64,000 bases of DNA from an uncultured Arcobacter sp. (GTDB taxonomy: Bacteria; Campylobacterota; Campylobacteria; Campylobacterales; Arcobacteraceae). The translations under genes and the position numbers were made by a program. The stretch spans positions 864,001 to 928,000 of the forward strand of contig OZ223300.1 in assembly GCA_965140705.1 (NCBI GenBank), given 5' to 3'. Shown one piece after another: positions 11,440 to 22,339 of the stretch. The notes beneath the pieces are model-generated. The model did not search any database and had not been told where the DNA came from. It saw only the letters and a list, made by a program, of their open reading frames with translations. How positions within the stretch are numbered: position 1 is the stretch's first letter; each line of letters begins with the position of its first letter.

Positions 11440-13665
11440 TTATCTACTAGCTGCGTGTAGTCCTATTTCTTTTACTTTTTCTAAGTCTTCATCTGATTTT
11501 ACATTTTCAGCCATTACTTTTATATTTACCAAAGTACATAAATCTTGCATAGATTCTACAAAAGCATGTTTACCAGAATCAGAAGATATTCCATTTGTAT
11601 AGTCTCTTGCAAGTCTTATAAAGTCAAGATTTAAATCTTTTATATTCTCTAATGGTATAAATTTTGACTCAAATCTTTTTACAATAATTCTAGCATGATA
11701 TCGATTTACAATTTTTGTAAAAACTTTAAAGTGTTCGATATCTTTGGCAACTCCATATGCAGTAATTGAAAATACCAATTTACTTGCAATTAAACTGTTA
11801 TTTTCTAAAATAACTATTAACCAATCAAGAAAATTAGAATCAACAATAGAATCAAGAGATAAATTTATTGAAATATTATTTTCAACTTTATTTTCTTTAA
11901 TGTGTTTAATTACACTACTTACAACAGCTTTATCAAAATCTACTACTTTTTCATATTTTTCAGCAATAGAAATAAATGTTCCAATTGGTATTTGTTCATC
12001 GTTTTTATCATAGGCAGAAGTAAAGGCTTCTTGCATGATAAGTTTTCCTTCATCTTCTCCTGTTAAAGCATATTCGTTATTGATATACTTAACATCAAAT
12101 TTAGAGTTATCTATAATATCAAATATTAATTCTCTCCATGATTCTACATCCCTCGCTAAATCACTTGCATCTCTTATAACTGCTTCATTTGGACCAATTT
12201 GTTTTGCACTTTCCCTTGCTTCTATTGCAGCACTTAACATTTCAGGAATTGTCCCTATTTGATTAAACATAGTTACACCAATATTTGAGATATTTGATAA
12301 TTTTACTTCTTTTGAAAAGGCATCAAATTTTATTTTGAGATATTGACTTAGTTTTTTAATATCATCTTCAGAACAGTTTTTAGCAATTAATGCAAACTCT
12401 GAACCAAAAAATCTGAAAGCTTTTATTTCAAAGTCAAATGCTTCATTTGAGTCTTTTAAAATATTTGCAAAATCTTTGATAAATTTATCAACTGCACTAT
12501 TTGAATTATTTTTTGCAAATTCGGCTAATGATTCAATTTTTAAACTCATAACATAACCATCAGTTTTAGAAATAAACATATTTTTCATATCTGTTTCAAA
12601 TGTTTGTCTCAGTTCTAATTTAGTAAGTCCATCTTGGGAGATTTTTTTAGTAACATTTTCAATATTTGCATTAAGTTTTTTGATAATTCCTTCAATCTTA
12701 CTAGACATATCATTCATAGCAATTGCTACATTTTTTATCTCAGTTGTTACAGGTAGTTTATCTATTTTTCCAAATTTACCATGTGCAATATTTACTGCTA
12801 GTTTTTCTATATTTTTTAAAGGCTTTAAAATAAGTTGTAAAAATAGAACTAAGATAGCCAAAGAGATAAAAAAGGCAATAAGAGAATAAATAATAGCTCC
12901 TCTTGCTTGATCATAAAGTTTTGCATAGGCATCCCCTGCATTTGAGCTTACATAAATAGTTGCTACATTTTTCCAACCATCACTAATTTCACTAGATTTT
13001 TCTTGCATATTTAGTTGAATAAGATTTATAAACCATTGTGGTACATAATCAAATTTTTCTTCTCTATCTTCTTTTACTAAAACTTTATTTAGATTCATTT
13101 GAGATTTTGCATTAATTATTTTGTTGTTAATTTTTATTTTAAATGAAACTTCAAAATTACCACCATCTTTATAGTTCTTATTTGGTATAAAAATGTATTT
13201 TGTATTTTTTGTAGAAACACTACTTTCTACTTCATTATTAGAAACAGAATCAAGTGAATCTAAGGCATTTTCAAAAGCAGAATCATTGGTGCTTTTTTCT
13301 ATTTTCCCATATTTAGGGTTAATTTTTACATCAGTAATGAAGCTATATTTATTTACATCCATATCTTCAATATTGTTGACTAAATCATCATTTGTAAATG
13401 AAAGTTCAACATCTTCAAGTCTTATTTCTTTATAGAATCCTCTATTTGCAATTGCTTTTATGGTACTTTCTATTTCAGGATCGTGTTTATCCCCAATAAG
13501 TGATTTAAGACTAACTCCAAGTGAAGTTGCAGTATCTTGTGCTTTATTTGCTGATTCAATTTCTAAATACTCTTTTGTATTCTTGACACTAATGATAAAA
13601 TTACCTACAAATATTGCAAAAAAGATTGCAGATATTATTAAATAAAGTTGTTTAGATAAAGACAT
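11440..13665 (-). CDS. lapD: LapD-like c-di-GMP receptor (periplasmic output domain, HAMP, degenerate GGDEF and EAL)
   Basis: MSLSKQL N-terminus, AQDTATSLG, VPQWF, DGW loop; degenerate FFGSEF and EAF/KRFE motifs; adjacent to lapG. Confidence 0.85.
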   Translation of the reverse strand: MSLSKQLYLIISAIFFAIFVGNFIISVKNTKEYLEIESANKAQDTATSLGVSLKSLIGDKHDPEIESTIKAIANRGFYKEIRLEDVELSFTNDDLVNNIEDMDVNKYSFITDVKINPKYGKIEKSTNDSAFENALDSLDSVSNNEVESSVSTKNTKYIFIPNKNYKDGGNFEVSFKIKINNKIINAKSQMNLNKVLVKEDREEKFDYVPQWFINLIQLNMQEKSSEISDGWKNVATIYVSSNAGDAYAKLYDQARGAIIYSLIAFFISLAILVLFLQLILKPLKNIEKLAVNIAHGKFGKIDKLPVTTEIKNVAIAMNDMSSKIEGIIKKLNANIENVTKKISQDGLTKLELRQTFETDMKNMFISKTDGYVMSLKIESLAEFAKNNSNSAVDKFIKDFANILKDSNEAFDFEIKAFRFFGSEFALIAKNCSEDDIKKLSQYLKIKFDAFSKEVKLSNISNIGVTMFNQIGTIPEMLSAAIEARESAKQIGPNEAVIRDASDLARDVESWRELIFDIIDNSKFDVKYINNEYALTGEDEGKLIMQEAFTSAYDKNDEQIPIGTFISIAEKYEKVVDFDKAVVSSVIKHIKENKVENNISINLSLDSIVDSNFLDWLIVILENNSLIASKLVFSITAYGVAKDIEHFKVFTKIVNRYHARIIVKRFESKFIPLENIKDLNLDFIRLARDYTNGISSDSGKHAFVESMQDLCTLVNIKVMAENVKSDEDLEKVKEIGLHAASR

Positions 13666-13677
13666 ATTTTTCCTTTG

Positions 13678-14325
13678 TTAAATTCTACTCATTAAATCTT
13701 TCCAAGATTTTAGATTGTTTTTTCCTACAAGTTCTGATGATCTACCTTTATTTTTGGCTTGCCATAGTCCTTCTGCATTGAAACTATAAACTGGCTTTAA
13801 ATCAGGTCTTTTTGATGCTAATTTTAATAATTTGTTTACGTTGTCTAAAACAACAGGTATTGATGTTGGTGTATGATAATATGTTAAAACCATGTGAGCT
13901 TGTTCATATTTAGTTCCACGCCTAAGAAGTTTAACATAAGTTATTCTTAGTTTTTTATCGGGAACTCCTAGTTTTCTGAGAGTAAAATATTTGGCAATTG
14001 CATAATCTTCACAGTCACCAGCACCTGTACCCATAAATTCAAAGGGTGCAGCCCAATAATCTTTTTTGTGCCAGTGCTGTTCATCTGTTTCATATTTTAT
14101 TTTATTAAAAAAATCATTTACATCTTTTAATTTGTGTACTATATCTTTTGATTTAGCATTTTCAACCATCTCATCCCAAACTAAAACTCTTATTCTCGCT
14201 TGTTCACCATATTTTTGCGTAAATTTATCTAATTTTTCTTGAGAAATATTAAATGTCTTTACACTAAAGGCAAAGCTTATAAAAGTAATAATAAGAAGAA
14301 AAGAGATGATTGATTTTTTTCTCAT
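13678..14325 (-). CDS. lapG: LapG-like periplasmic transglutaminase-like cysteine protease
   Basis: Signal peptide; DYWAAPFEF, GDCEDYAIAKY, HMVL, LDN catalytic triad; RPDLKPVYSFN. Confidence 0.9.
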   Translation of the reverse strand: MRKKSIISFLLIITFISFAFSVKTFNISQEKLDKFTQKYGEQARIRVLVWDEMVENAKSKDIVHKLKDVNDFFNKIKYETDEQHWHKKDYWAAPFEFMGTGAGDCEDYAIAKYFTLRKLGVPDKKLRITYVKLLRRGTKYEQAHMVLTYYHTPTSIPVVLDNVNKLLKLASKRPDLKPVYSFNAEGLWQAKNKGRSSELVGKNNLKSWKDLMSRI

Positions 14326-14326
14326 A

Positions 14327-15640
14327 TCATTTTAAAGTGCTTTTTAGCTCATCCTCACTTATTTTGTCTCTATCATATTTAACGATTAAAAGATTTTCAG
14401 TATCATTTATATACCATTCATCAATTATATCACTATTTTCAAATTTTGAAAAATTTGATTTATCATACTCTTCTAAATTTAAATAAGCAGTTTGTTTTTT
14501 TAGTGGATTTGGAAGTGTAAAAATCATAATTGCCCAAGCAACACAAATAGCTGCAATTGCAATTACTATATCAAAAAGATTGACTTTTTCAAAAAATACT
14601 CCACCTAATAAACCACCAATAAAAGTTCCAAAATAACCATAAGAATTAAACACACCTAGTACAAAACCCCTTTGGTGTACTTTTGCATATTTTGAAGCAA
14701 GTGATTGCATGATTGGTTCATGTATGTTAAATCCGATGAAAAATAGAACTACACCAATCGCAAAAACAGTAGCACTACTTGATGTTCCAATTACTAAGTA
14801 TGAAATAGCAAAGAAGAAAATACCAGCAATAAGTACTTCTTTAAATTTACCTTTCTTTTCAGCCATAATAGCAGCAGGAGCCATAGCAAGTACTCCAAAA
14901 ATAGTAGATGGCATATATACTTTCCATAAATCTGACATAGACCATTCAAAGTGTTTTAATAAAATCATTGGAATAATCATAAAAGCGAAAGTCATAAAAC
15001 CTTTTTGTAAAAAGTTTGTAAGATTCATCTTTAATAAGTTTTTATTAAATAATACAGATGTTACGGCACCTTTTTTATTATAAGTATGAATAATCTTTGG
15101 AGGATTAGGAACAGCTTTTATTAAAACAAAAATTGAAGCAAAAGCAATAACAGCTGTAATAATAAATAAAGACTGAACACCTAACCATGAACCAAGTGTT
15201 GGCCCTAAAATCATGGCAGCAGCGAATGCCATAGCAATACTTCCACCCATCAAAGCCATAGCTTTAGGTCGTTGTTCTTCTTTTACTAAGTCACTAATAG
15301 TAGCAGTAACAACTGCTCCAATAGCTCCTGCACCTTGCATCAATCTTCCAAGTAATAAAGTTAAAACATCATTTGAAATGGAACAAATTATTGACCCTAG
15401 ACCAAATAAAATTAGTCCTAAAATAATAGTACCTTTTCTACCAAGTTTATCACTCATAATTCCAAAAGGAACTTGAAAAATCATTTGAGTTAGAGCATAT
15501 CCTCCAACTATAATTCCAACAATTGTGGTTGTTGCACCTTGTAAGTTCATTGCATAAACAGAGATAACTGGTAATACAATAAATAGTCCGAAAAATCTTA
15601 GTGCAATAATAACACTTAATGGCATAATAGATTTAATCAT
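14327..15640 (-). CDS. MFS transporter (YajR-like)
   Basis: About 12 hydrophobic segments; motif A GIMSDKLGRK; short soluble C-terminal domain. Confidence 0.88.
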   Translation of the reverse strand: MIKSIMPLSVIIALRFFGLFIVLPVISVYAMNLQGATTTIVGIIVGGYALTQMIFQVPFGIMSDKLGRKGTIILGLILFGLGSIICSISNDVLTLLLGRLMQGAGAIGAVVTATISDLVKEEQRPKAMALMGGSIAMAFAAAMILGPTLGSWLGVQSLFIITAVIAFASIFVLIKAVPNPPKIIHTYNKKGAVTSVLFNKNLLKMNLTNFLQKGFMTFAFMIIPMILLKHFEWSMSDLWKVYMPSTIFGVLAMAPAAIMAEKKGKFKEVLIAGIFFFAISYLVIGTSSSATVFAIGVVLFFIGFNIHEPIMQSLASKYAKVHQRGFVLGVFNSYGYFGTFIGGLLGGVFFEKVNLFDIVIAIAAICVAWAIMIFTLPNPLKKQTAYLNLEEYDKSNFSKFENSDIIDEWYINDTENLLIVKYDRDKISEDELKSTLK

Positions 15641-15716
15641 TTATAATCCTGAGGTTTGATAAAATAAGAAAAAATTATATACTAAATATATTAATATAAC
15701 ATAAATAAGGAAAGCA

Positions 15717-16307
15717 ATGAAAATAGTTTTAGCTACATCAAACAAAGGGAAAATAGGGGAGTTTAAAAAACTTCTTCCAAATGAAGAGGTATATACTTTC
15801 AAAGAGCTAATTGGAGATATGGATATAATTGAAAATGCTGATAGTTTCAAAGGCAATGCAATAATAAAAGCAAAAGCAATATATGACAAATTAGATAGTG
15901 AAGAGTATATTGTAATCTCTGATGATAGTGGAATCACAGTTCCAGCAATCAATAATGAACCAGGGATTTATTCAGCACGTTATGCAGGTGAGGGTGCAAG
16001 TGATAAAGAAAATAATGCAAAATTGATCTCAAAACTAGAAGAAAAAAACTTACAAATAACACCAGCTTATTATACAGCTTGTATATGTATTATTTACAAA
16101 GGGGAAGTATCAACTGTACATGGATGGATGCATGGAAGTGTTATTCCAAAAGAGTTGGGAAGTGAAGGTTTTGGTTATGATCCTATGTTTATTCCAAAGG
16201 GTTATGATAAAACTTTAGGTGAACTAAGTCATGAGGTAAAAAAAGAATTTTCCCATAGAAGTAAGGCTTTAAAATTGGCAAAAAAAGTTTTAGAGGTGAT
16301 TTTATAA
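15717..16307 (+). CDS. rdgB: Non-canonical purine NTP pyrophosphatase (HAM1 family)
   Basis: [33 protein letters not shown]. Confidence 0.95.
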   Translation: MKIVLATSNKGKIGEFKKLLPNEEVYTFKELIGDMDIIENADSFKGNAIIKAKAIYDKLDSEEYIVISDDSGITVPAINNEPGIYSARYAGEGASDKENNAKLISKLEEKNLQITPAYYTACICIIYKGEVSTVHGWMHGSVIPKELGSEGFGYDPMFIPKGYDKTLGELSHEVKKEFSHRSKALKLAKKVLEVIL

Positions 16308-16664
16308 CTCTTTGACTAATTGTTTATGTAAATTTATTTCATTGTTTAGTGTTTTTGCATTTACAAAAATATCTATAGTGATGTTTTGAGGAAGAGTTTC
16401 TAAACACCCTTTTTCAAAGCTTACTTTTGCTTTTAACTTGTAAATATCATCATCAAAAGATAAGTTCTCAATACAATTAGATTTCAAATCTAGAGTATTT
16501 ATATAATCTTTAAAAAAATCCAGATGTAGCTTTGCTTGAGTTTGCAAATATGAGTTTGTAAGATTTGAAATAGATAAGGACTTTGTTTGAAGAATAAGTA
16601 TAGTAAAAAATGAGAATATTGATATTAAAATTAAAGTGATAAGTAAAGAAAAAGAGTTTTTCAT
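16302..16664 (-). CDS. Pseudopilin-like protein lacking Glu+5 (GspK/PilX-like)
   Basis: [11 protein letters not shown] plus hydrophobic helix; ATGA overlap with the upstream gene. Confidence 0.6.
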   Translation of the reverse strand: MKNSFSLLITLILISIFSFFTILILQTKSLSISNLTNSYLQTQAKLHLDFFKDYINTLDLKSNCIENLSFDDDIYKLKAKVSFEKGCLETLPQNITIDIFVNAKTLNNEINLHKQLVKEL

Positions 16665-17011
16665 TTTACAATAACCACTTCTTGACAAATTCTATTTTCT
16701 AAACAGATATTTATTGAGGCATATTTATTAGTTAGTGTCAAGTTATATTTATTTACATCTTTTAAAAGTAAAGAGCCCTCATAATAAAGATTTTTATTTT
16801 TATATCTTAGTTTATCAAACCCTAATTTTTTTTCTAAAAAAAGTTTGAAGTTCAAAAGTTCAAGTTTTGTTTTTTCATCTTGAAAAGTTTGTTCGTTTTT
16901 TACAAAAATTTCTTTATAAAAATAGATTGAGTAAATAGAAATAAGTGAAACTATAAAAATACAAACAATAAGTTCTATTAGGGAAAATGATTTTTTATTT
17001 GATAAGTTCAT
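16661..17011 (-). CDS. Prepilin-type N-terminal cleavage/methylation domain protein
   Basis: KKS|FSLIELIV class III signal motif. Confidence 0.75.
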   Translation of the reverse strand: MNLSNKKSFSLIELIVCIFIVSLISIYSIYFYKEIFVKNEQTFQDEKTKLELLNFKLFLEKKLGFDKLRYKNKNLYYEGSLLLKDVNKYNLTLTNKYASINICLENRICQEVVIVK

Positions 17012-17300
17012 ATTTATATAATTTTATCTCATCACTATTTGAAGTAATTTTTTTAACTAATAGTTTTTTTTCTACACCATTTTCTAAAATAGTAATCTCT
17101 TTTTGAGAACTTTTTGTACTTGAATAGTCTGATTTTTTAAGTTTATTTGAGATTGCATTTAATTTTTGGAATTTTTTATTTGAATCATTATCATAAGCTA
17201 ATTTAAAAAATATAGCTACGATAATAGAAACAACTATCAAAGAGATAATTGTTTCTAAAAAAATAAAACTATTTTTTAGAGAGTTCAACTGCTTTCTCAT
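16995..17300 (-). CDS. Pseudopilin-like protein (CtsT-like position)
   Basis: KNS|FIFLETII motif; overlaps the 3' end of proC; start uncertain. Confidence 0.65.
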   Translation of the reverse strand: MRKQLNSLKNSFIFLETIISLIVVSIIVAIFFKLAYDNDSNKKFQKLNAISNKLKKSDYSSTKSSQKEITILENGVEKKLLVKKITSNSDEIKLYKYELIK

Positions 17301-18033
17301 GAGCTGCTTCAATTGCTTTAATCATAGCATCTCTTACACCTTTTTCTTCCAATGCTCCAACTCCTGCTATAGTTGTGCCTCCTGGGCTAGTAACAGAGTC
17401 TTTTAAAACAGCAGGGTGATTTTTTTCTAATAACCCAGCAACTCCTTCAAAAAGACCTTGTACTAAGAAAGTACTAAATTCTCGCTCTAAACCTGCTTTT
17501 ACAGCACCATCAGCAATACCTTCTGCAACTAAAGCCAAAAATGCAGGACCACTTCCTGCAACTGCTGTTGCAATGTCAAGTTGTGCTTCTGTATTCACCC
17601 ATAAAGTTTTACCAATAGAATTAAATAACTCAATTGCTACATTTTTTGCTTCTCTATCACCTGTGATTGTAGTCATAGATTTTCTAATTGATGCTGCAAC
17701 ATTTGGCATAACTCTAATATATGTTTTTGATAATATATGTTTTTTTAAACTTTCTATTTTTGTACCAGCTAAAATTGAAATAAATATATTTGCTTTCCCT
17801 TCAAGTCTTACTGCTACACTTTGTAAGGCGTAAGGCTTAACACAAAAAATTATATTTTTATTTGTAATATCTTCAATATCATCTAAAACTTTTACTTCAA
17901 CTTCTGGGATAACTTCTTTTAATTTCTCTAATTTACCTTGGTCTCTTCCTAAAATCTCGACTTCATGACTTTCAACTAAACCTTTTGCTAAGGCTCTTGC
18001 CATCATTCCATTACCTATTAATGTGATTTTCAT
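17269..18033 (-). CDS. proC: Pyrroline-5-carboxylate reductase
   Basis: IGNGMMA, CVKP, RVMPN, AGSGPA, VTSPGGTT. Confidence 0.96.
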   Translation of the reverse strand: MKITLIGNGMMARALAKGLVESHEVEILGRDQGKLEKLKEVIPEVEVKVLDDIEDITNKNIIFCVKPYALQSVAVRLEGKANIFISILAGTKIESLKKHILSKTYIRVMPNVAASIRKSMTTITGDREAKNVAIELFNSIGKTLWVNTEAQLDIATAVAGSGPAFLALVAEGIADGAVKAGLEREFSTFLVQGLFEGVAGLLEKNHPAVLKDSVTSPGGTTIAGVGALEEKGVRDAMIKAIEAAHEKAVELSKK

Positions 18034-18124
18034 ATTTTACCTTAATATTGTTTTTTAGATTATATCAAATATTTCCTAAGCTTGGATTAGTTAAAATACT
18101 TCTTTTTACAAAAGGATATTAATA

Positions 18125-18793
18125 ATGATTGGTTTAAATACAGTAGTAAAGAAGAGTTTGAGTTTAGTAATTATTGCAGGGTTTGCAATGACTCTTATAT
18201 CTTGTTCATCAAAAAAAGGACCTAAAGAGTATGGTCAGCCTGCCATTTACTGGTACAATAAAATTGCTAATGATATAGCAACTAGTGATTTAGAAGCTGC
18301 TGATGATGCTTATATTTCTTTGGAAAGTGAACATAAAAATTCACCTTTACTAGCAACTGCATTACAAATACTTGTGAATGCACATATTGATGCAGAAGAG
18401 TATGCTCTAGCAAACTTTTATATTGATGAGTATATTAAAAGATTTGGTGTTAGTAAAAGTATTGATTATTTTAGATATTTAAAAATAAAAGCAAACTTTT
18501 TATCTTTTTCTTCTGAATTTAGGGAACAAAACTTAATTACAGAAACGCAAAAAGAGATTAATGAGTTTATGCTAAAGTTTCCAAATTCACCTTACATGCC
18601 TCTTGTAGGAACAATAAATGCAAGATTAGCAATGGCTAAAGCTTCATTTGATAAAGAAATTGCAGATTTATACAAAAGAATAGATAAACCAAAAGCTGCA
18701 AAATTTTATGAAGATAAAGTAAGTAAAAACTGGGTTAACCCAAAAGAGATAAAAGAAGTACATGTACCATGGTATAGAGCAATATTCGAATAA
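18125..18793 (+). CDS. bamD: Outer membrane assembly lipoprotein BamD
   Basis: Lipobox ISC; TPR-like helices, FPNSPY; position upstream of lon. Confidence 0.8.
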   Translation: MIGLNTVVKKSLSLVIIAGFAMTLISCSSKKGPKEYGQPAIYWYNKIANDIATSDLEAADDAYISLESEHKNSPLLATALQILVNAHIDAEEYALANFYIDEYIKRFGVSKSIDYFRYLKIKANFLSFSSEFREQNLITETQKEINEFMLKFPNSPYMPLVGTINARLAMAKASFDKEIADLYKRIDKPKAAKFYEDKVSKNWVNPKEIKEVHVPWYRAIFE

Positions 18794-18820
18794 TACAAAA
18801 TATTTTAGGAGTTAATTTTA

Positions 18821-21238
18821 ATGGATTTAACAAATTATGATGAGTTTCCACAGGAATTACCATTAATTATTGAAGATGAGGTATTTTTATACCCATTTAT
18901 GATTGCACCACTTTTTTTAAATAATAAAACAAATATTAGTGCAGTTGAAAAAGCTATAAATGAAAATAAGTTAGTAATAGTTGCCGTTAGTAAAGATGGA
19001 CAAGAGAGCCAAGAAAGAGCTGATGGTCAATTTTATGATGTTGGAGTTATTGGTAACATTATGAGAAAAGTATCTTTGCCAGATGGTAAAATAAAAGTAC
19101 TTTTTCAAGGTTTAGCAAAGGGACGAATTAGTCAATTTAAGATTGATAATCCAGAAGTTTGTCAAGTACAATTAATGGAGACAAAACCATATTCACTAGA
19201 AAGTGTTACTTCTATTTTAAATATTCTTAGAGAAAACGTAGGTAAATTATCAAAAATCAATACAAAATTTCCAGTTGATTTGATAAAAACAATAGATGAA
19301 AATAATGATGCCGTAAGAATTGCTGATTTAATATCATCTGTTTTAAAAGTGACTAAATCACAAGCTTATAAGCTATTCTCTCAAACAGATATAGAAGCTA
19401 GATTAGTGGCTATCATAGAGATAATACAAAAAGAGATAGAAAATTTTAAAATTCAAAAAGATATTACACAAAAAGTAAATTCAAAAATTGAAAAAACACA
19501 TAAAGATTATTTCTTAAAAGAGCAAATAAAAGCAATACAACAAGAACTTGGAACTGGAAATAAAAAAGACGAAGAAGTAAAATCTTATTCTAAACGATTA
19601 AAAAAACTTAAACCTTTTATGGGAAAAGATGCTTTTAAAGAGACAAAAAAACAAATTGAAAAACTTTCTCGTATGCATCAAGATTCACCAGATGCTTCGC
19701 TTTTACAAACATATGTAGAGCAAGTTTTAGATATACCATTTGGACAATACTCTGATGAAAAAATATCTGTAGATGCAGTTGAAAAACAATTAAATAAAGA
19801 TCATTATTCATTAGAAAAAGCAAAAGAGAGAATTTCTGAATATTTTGCAGTAAAACAACTTTTGGAACAAAGGGGAGTTGAAAATGCCAAATCAAGAGGA
19901 ACTGTACTTTGTTTTGTAGGACCTCCAGGTGTTGGTAAAACTTCTTTAGCAAACTCTATTTCAAAAGCACTTAAAAGACCACTTGTAAGAGTTGCTTTAG
20001 GTGGGATGGAAGATGTAAATGAATTAAGAGGTCATAGAAGAACTTATGTTGGAGCAATGCCAGGAAGACTTGTAAAAGGTTTGGTTGATGCTAAAAAAAT
20101 GAATCCCGTAATGGTTCTTGATGAAATAGATAAATTAGGAGCAAATAATAGAGGTGATCCAACAGCTGTTATGCTCGAAGTTTTAGATCCTGAACAAAAT
20201 CATGAATTTAGAGATTTATATTTAAATTTTGCTATTGATTTATCACAAGTTATTTTTGTATCTACTGCAAATGATGCTAGAAGAATACCACCAGCTCTAA
20301 GAGATAGAATGGAGTTCATTGAAATATCTTCATATACTCCAAATGAAAAGTATCATATTGCAAAAGATTATTTAATACCTCAAGAGTTAGAAAAACATGC
20401 TCTTAAAAAATCTGAAATAAGTATGAGCCAAACAACTATTGAGATGATTATTTCAAAATATACACGAGAAGCAGGGGTTAGAAATCTTAGACGAGTATTT
20501 TCTAAATTGTTTAGAAAAGCAGCTAAGAAGATATTGTCAGAAGGTGAGTCAAAAGTTTCAATAAACACTAAAAATTTAAAAGAGTTTTTAGATAATCCTA
20601 TTTTTGAAATAGACCCAGCTGATAAAAAGAATATGGTTGGAGTTGCTAATGGATTAGCTTGGACAGCTGTTGGTGGAGATGTTTTAAAAATCGAGGCTAT
20701 AAAACTAAAAGGAAAAGGTAATTTAGTTGTTACTGGAAATCTAGGTGATGTAATGAAAGAGTCATCAAGAATTTCATATTCAGTTGTAAAAGTTTTAATT
20801 GATGAAGGTAAACTAAAAATTGATTTAAATACTATTCCTATGTCTTTAAAAGAAAAAGATGAAAATATAGTTTTAGAACCAAGTGAAGTTTATAAAAGAA
20901 ATGATATTCACTTACATATTCCAGAAGGTGCAACTCCTAAAGATGGACCAAGTGCTGGTATTACAATGGCTTTAACTATTGCTTCTATATTAAGTAATAA
21001 AGAGATTAAATCTGATATTTGTATGACAGGTGAATTAACACTTACTGGAAAAGTTTTACCAATAGGTGGATTAAAAGAAAAACTAATTGCAGCTTTTAAA
21101 GCAAAAATGAAAAAAGCTTTAATTCCTAGAAAGAATTATGAAAGGGATTTAGAAGATATTCCTGATGAAGTAAAAAAAGCTTTAGAGATAAAACCAGTAG
21201 ACAAAATAGAAGATGTCTTAAAAGAGGGTTTGATTTAA
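18821..21238 (+). CDS. lon: Lon protease
   Basis: GPPGVGKTS, GHRRTYVGAMPG, LDEIDK, PKDGPSAG, IGGLKEK. Confidence 0.98.
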   Translation: MDLTNYDEFPQELPLIIEDEVFLYPFMIAPLFLNNKTNISAVEKAINENKLVIVAVSKDGQESQERADGQFYDVGVIGNIMRKVSLPDGKIKVLFQGLAKGRISQFKIDNPEVCQVQLMETKPYSLESVTSILNILRENVGKLSKINTKFPVDLIKTIDENNDAVRIADLISSVLKVTKSQAYKLFSQTDIEARLVAIIEIIQKEIENFKIQKDITQKVNSKIEKTHKDYFLKEQIKAIQQELGTGNKKDEEVKSYSKRLKKLKPFMGKDAFKETKKQIEKLSRMHQDSPDASLLQTYVEQVLDIPFGQYSDEKISVDAVEKQLNKDHYSLEKAKERISEYFAVKQLLEQRGVENAKSRGTVLCFVGPPGVGKTSLANSISKALKRPLVRVALGGMEDVNELRGHRRTYVGAMPGRLVKGLVDAKKMNPVMVLDEIDKLGANNRGDPTAVMLEVLDPEQNHEFRDLYLNFAIDLSQVIFVSTANDARRIPPALRDRMEFIEISSYTPNEKYHIAKDYLIPQELEKHALKKSEISMSQTTIEMIISKYTREAGVRNLRRVFSKLFRKAAKKILSEGESKVSINTKNLKEFLDNPIFEIDPADKKNMVGVANGLAWTAVGGDVLKIEAIKLKGKGNLVVTGNLGDVMKESSRISYSVVKVLIDEGKLKIDLNTIPMSLKEKDENIVLEPSEVYKRNDIHLHIPEGATPKDGPSAGITMALTIASILSNKEIKSDICMTGELTLTGKVLPIGGLKEKLIAAFKAKMKKALIPRKNYERDLEDIPDEVKKALEIKPVDKIEDVLKEGLI

Positions 21239-21242
21239 TTTT

Positions 21243-21821
21243 ATGAGCTCAAGAAGAAGAGTAAGCCAAACAGTAAATAATTTTTTTACTTTGGCTTCTA
21301 TTATAATGCTTGCTGTTGTAATTACTCTTTATTCAAAATTTGGACCAAAGGTGAAAAAAGAAGTTAGAATGAACTCTAACTTACAGTGTCAAAAAGAGAC
21401 ATTGACTATTGATTCAATTACGAGACCTGAACTTTTGAAAGATGCAAGTTATTATATGAAAAATGGTTTGTATGTTTTAAGTGGTGGTTTTACAAAACCT
21501 CGATTTGGGAAGTTTTATTTAAAAGACAAGATTTCTATTGCCCAAGCTGATGAATTTTTTAAAAATTCAATTTCTTTTTCCAAAAAAGAAGATCCTGTTA
21601 AATATTTAAAGATAAAATATGAAATTATAGAAAATGATAAAAATGATCCTAGAAAAAAAGATAAAAAAAGTAAATCTTTTGCTGGGACTTTATTAAGCTC
21701 TTTTCGAATAAATGGAAAAGAGGTTTTTATGATGGAAACAAACTTTTTACACTATGATAAAAATGATATTAAAAATAGAATAGAATGTACAATAAAGGCT
21801 TTTAAATACAATGCAAAATGA
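21243..21821 (+). CDS. Hypothetical membrane-anchored protein
   Basis: 192 aa ORF in operon spacing; N-terminal TM segment and two Cys. Confidence 0.7.
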   Translation: MSSRRRVSQTVNNFFTLASIIMLAVVITLYSKFGPKVKKEVRMNSNLQCQKETLTIDSITRPELLKDASYYMKNGLYVLSGGFTKPRFGKFYLKDKISIAQADEFFKNSISFSKKEDPVKYLKIKYEIIENDKNDPRKKDKKSKSFAGTLLSSFRINGKEVFMMETNFLHYDKNDIKNRIECTIKAFKYNAK

Positions 21822-22338
21822 AAAACTAATAACTGTCACAAATATAATTATTCTTATTACTGTTATAATGTATATAATTCAAATAAATATGCCTAATGGT
21901 TCTTTATATTTAGGATTAAATATGTTCTTTCTTGAGGGACTTTGGTATCAACCTTTATCTACAATGTTTGCCCATGGTGGAGTAGGTCATATCTTGATGA
22001 ATATGTTTGTACTTTATCAATTTGGAAATATGATAGAAAAATATAGAGGTGTAAAAGCTCTATTGGTTCTTTATTTTATAGGTGGAGTTATAACTTCATT
22101 ATTGAGTTTTTATTTTATGCAAGCAATGGGTATGAATAATAATTTAGTAGGTGCCTCAGGTGCAATTTGTGTGCTTTTAGGTTATATTGCCCTAATTGAT
22201 ACCTATCAAAGAAAAGGTATCATTACTTGGATTTTAATAATCTCTGTAGCACCTGTTTTAATTGGTCTTCCAGTAGCTTGGTATGCTCATCTTATTGGTT
22301 TAGCTGTTGGTTATCTTATGGGTAAATTTTTCAAATAA
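21811..22338 (+). CDS. Rhomboid family intramembrane serine protease
   Basis: MFAH..HILMNM, GASG, AHLIG. Confidence 0.92.
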   Translation: MQNEKLITVTNIIILITVIMYIIQINMPNGSLYLGLNMFFLEGLWYQPLSTMFAHGGVGHILMNMFVLYQFGNMIEKYRGVKALLVLYFIGGVITSLLSFYFMQAMGMNNNLVGASGAICVLLGYIALIDTYQRKGIITWILIISVAPVLIGLPVAWYAHLIGLAVGYLMGKFFK

Positions 22339-22339
22339 A

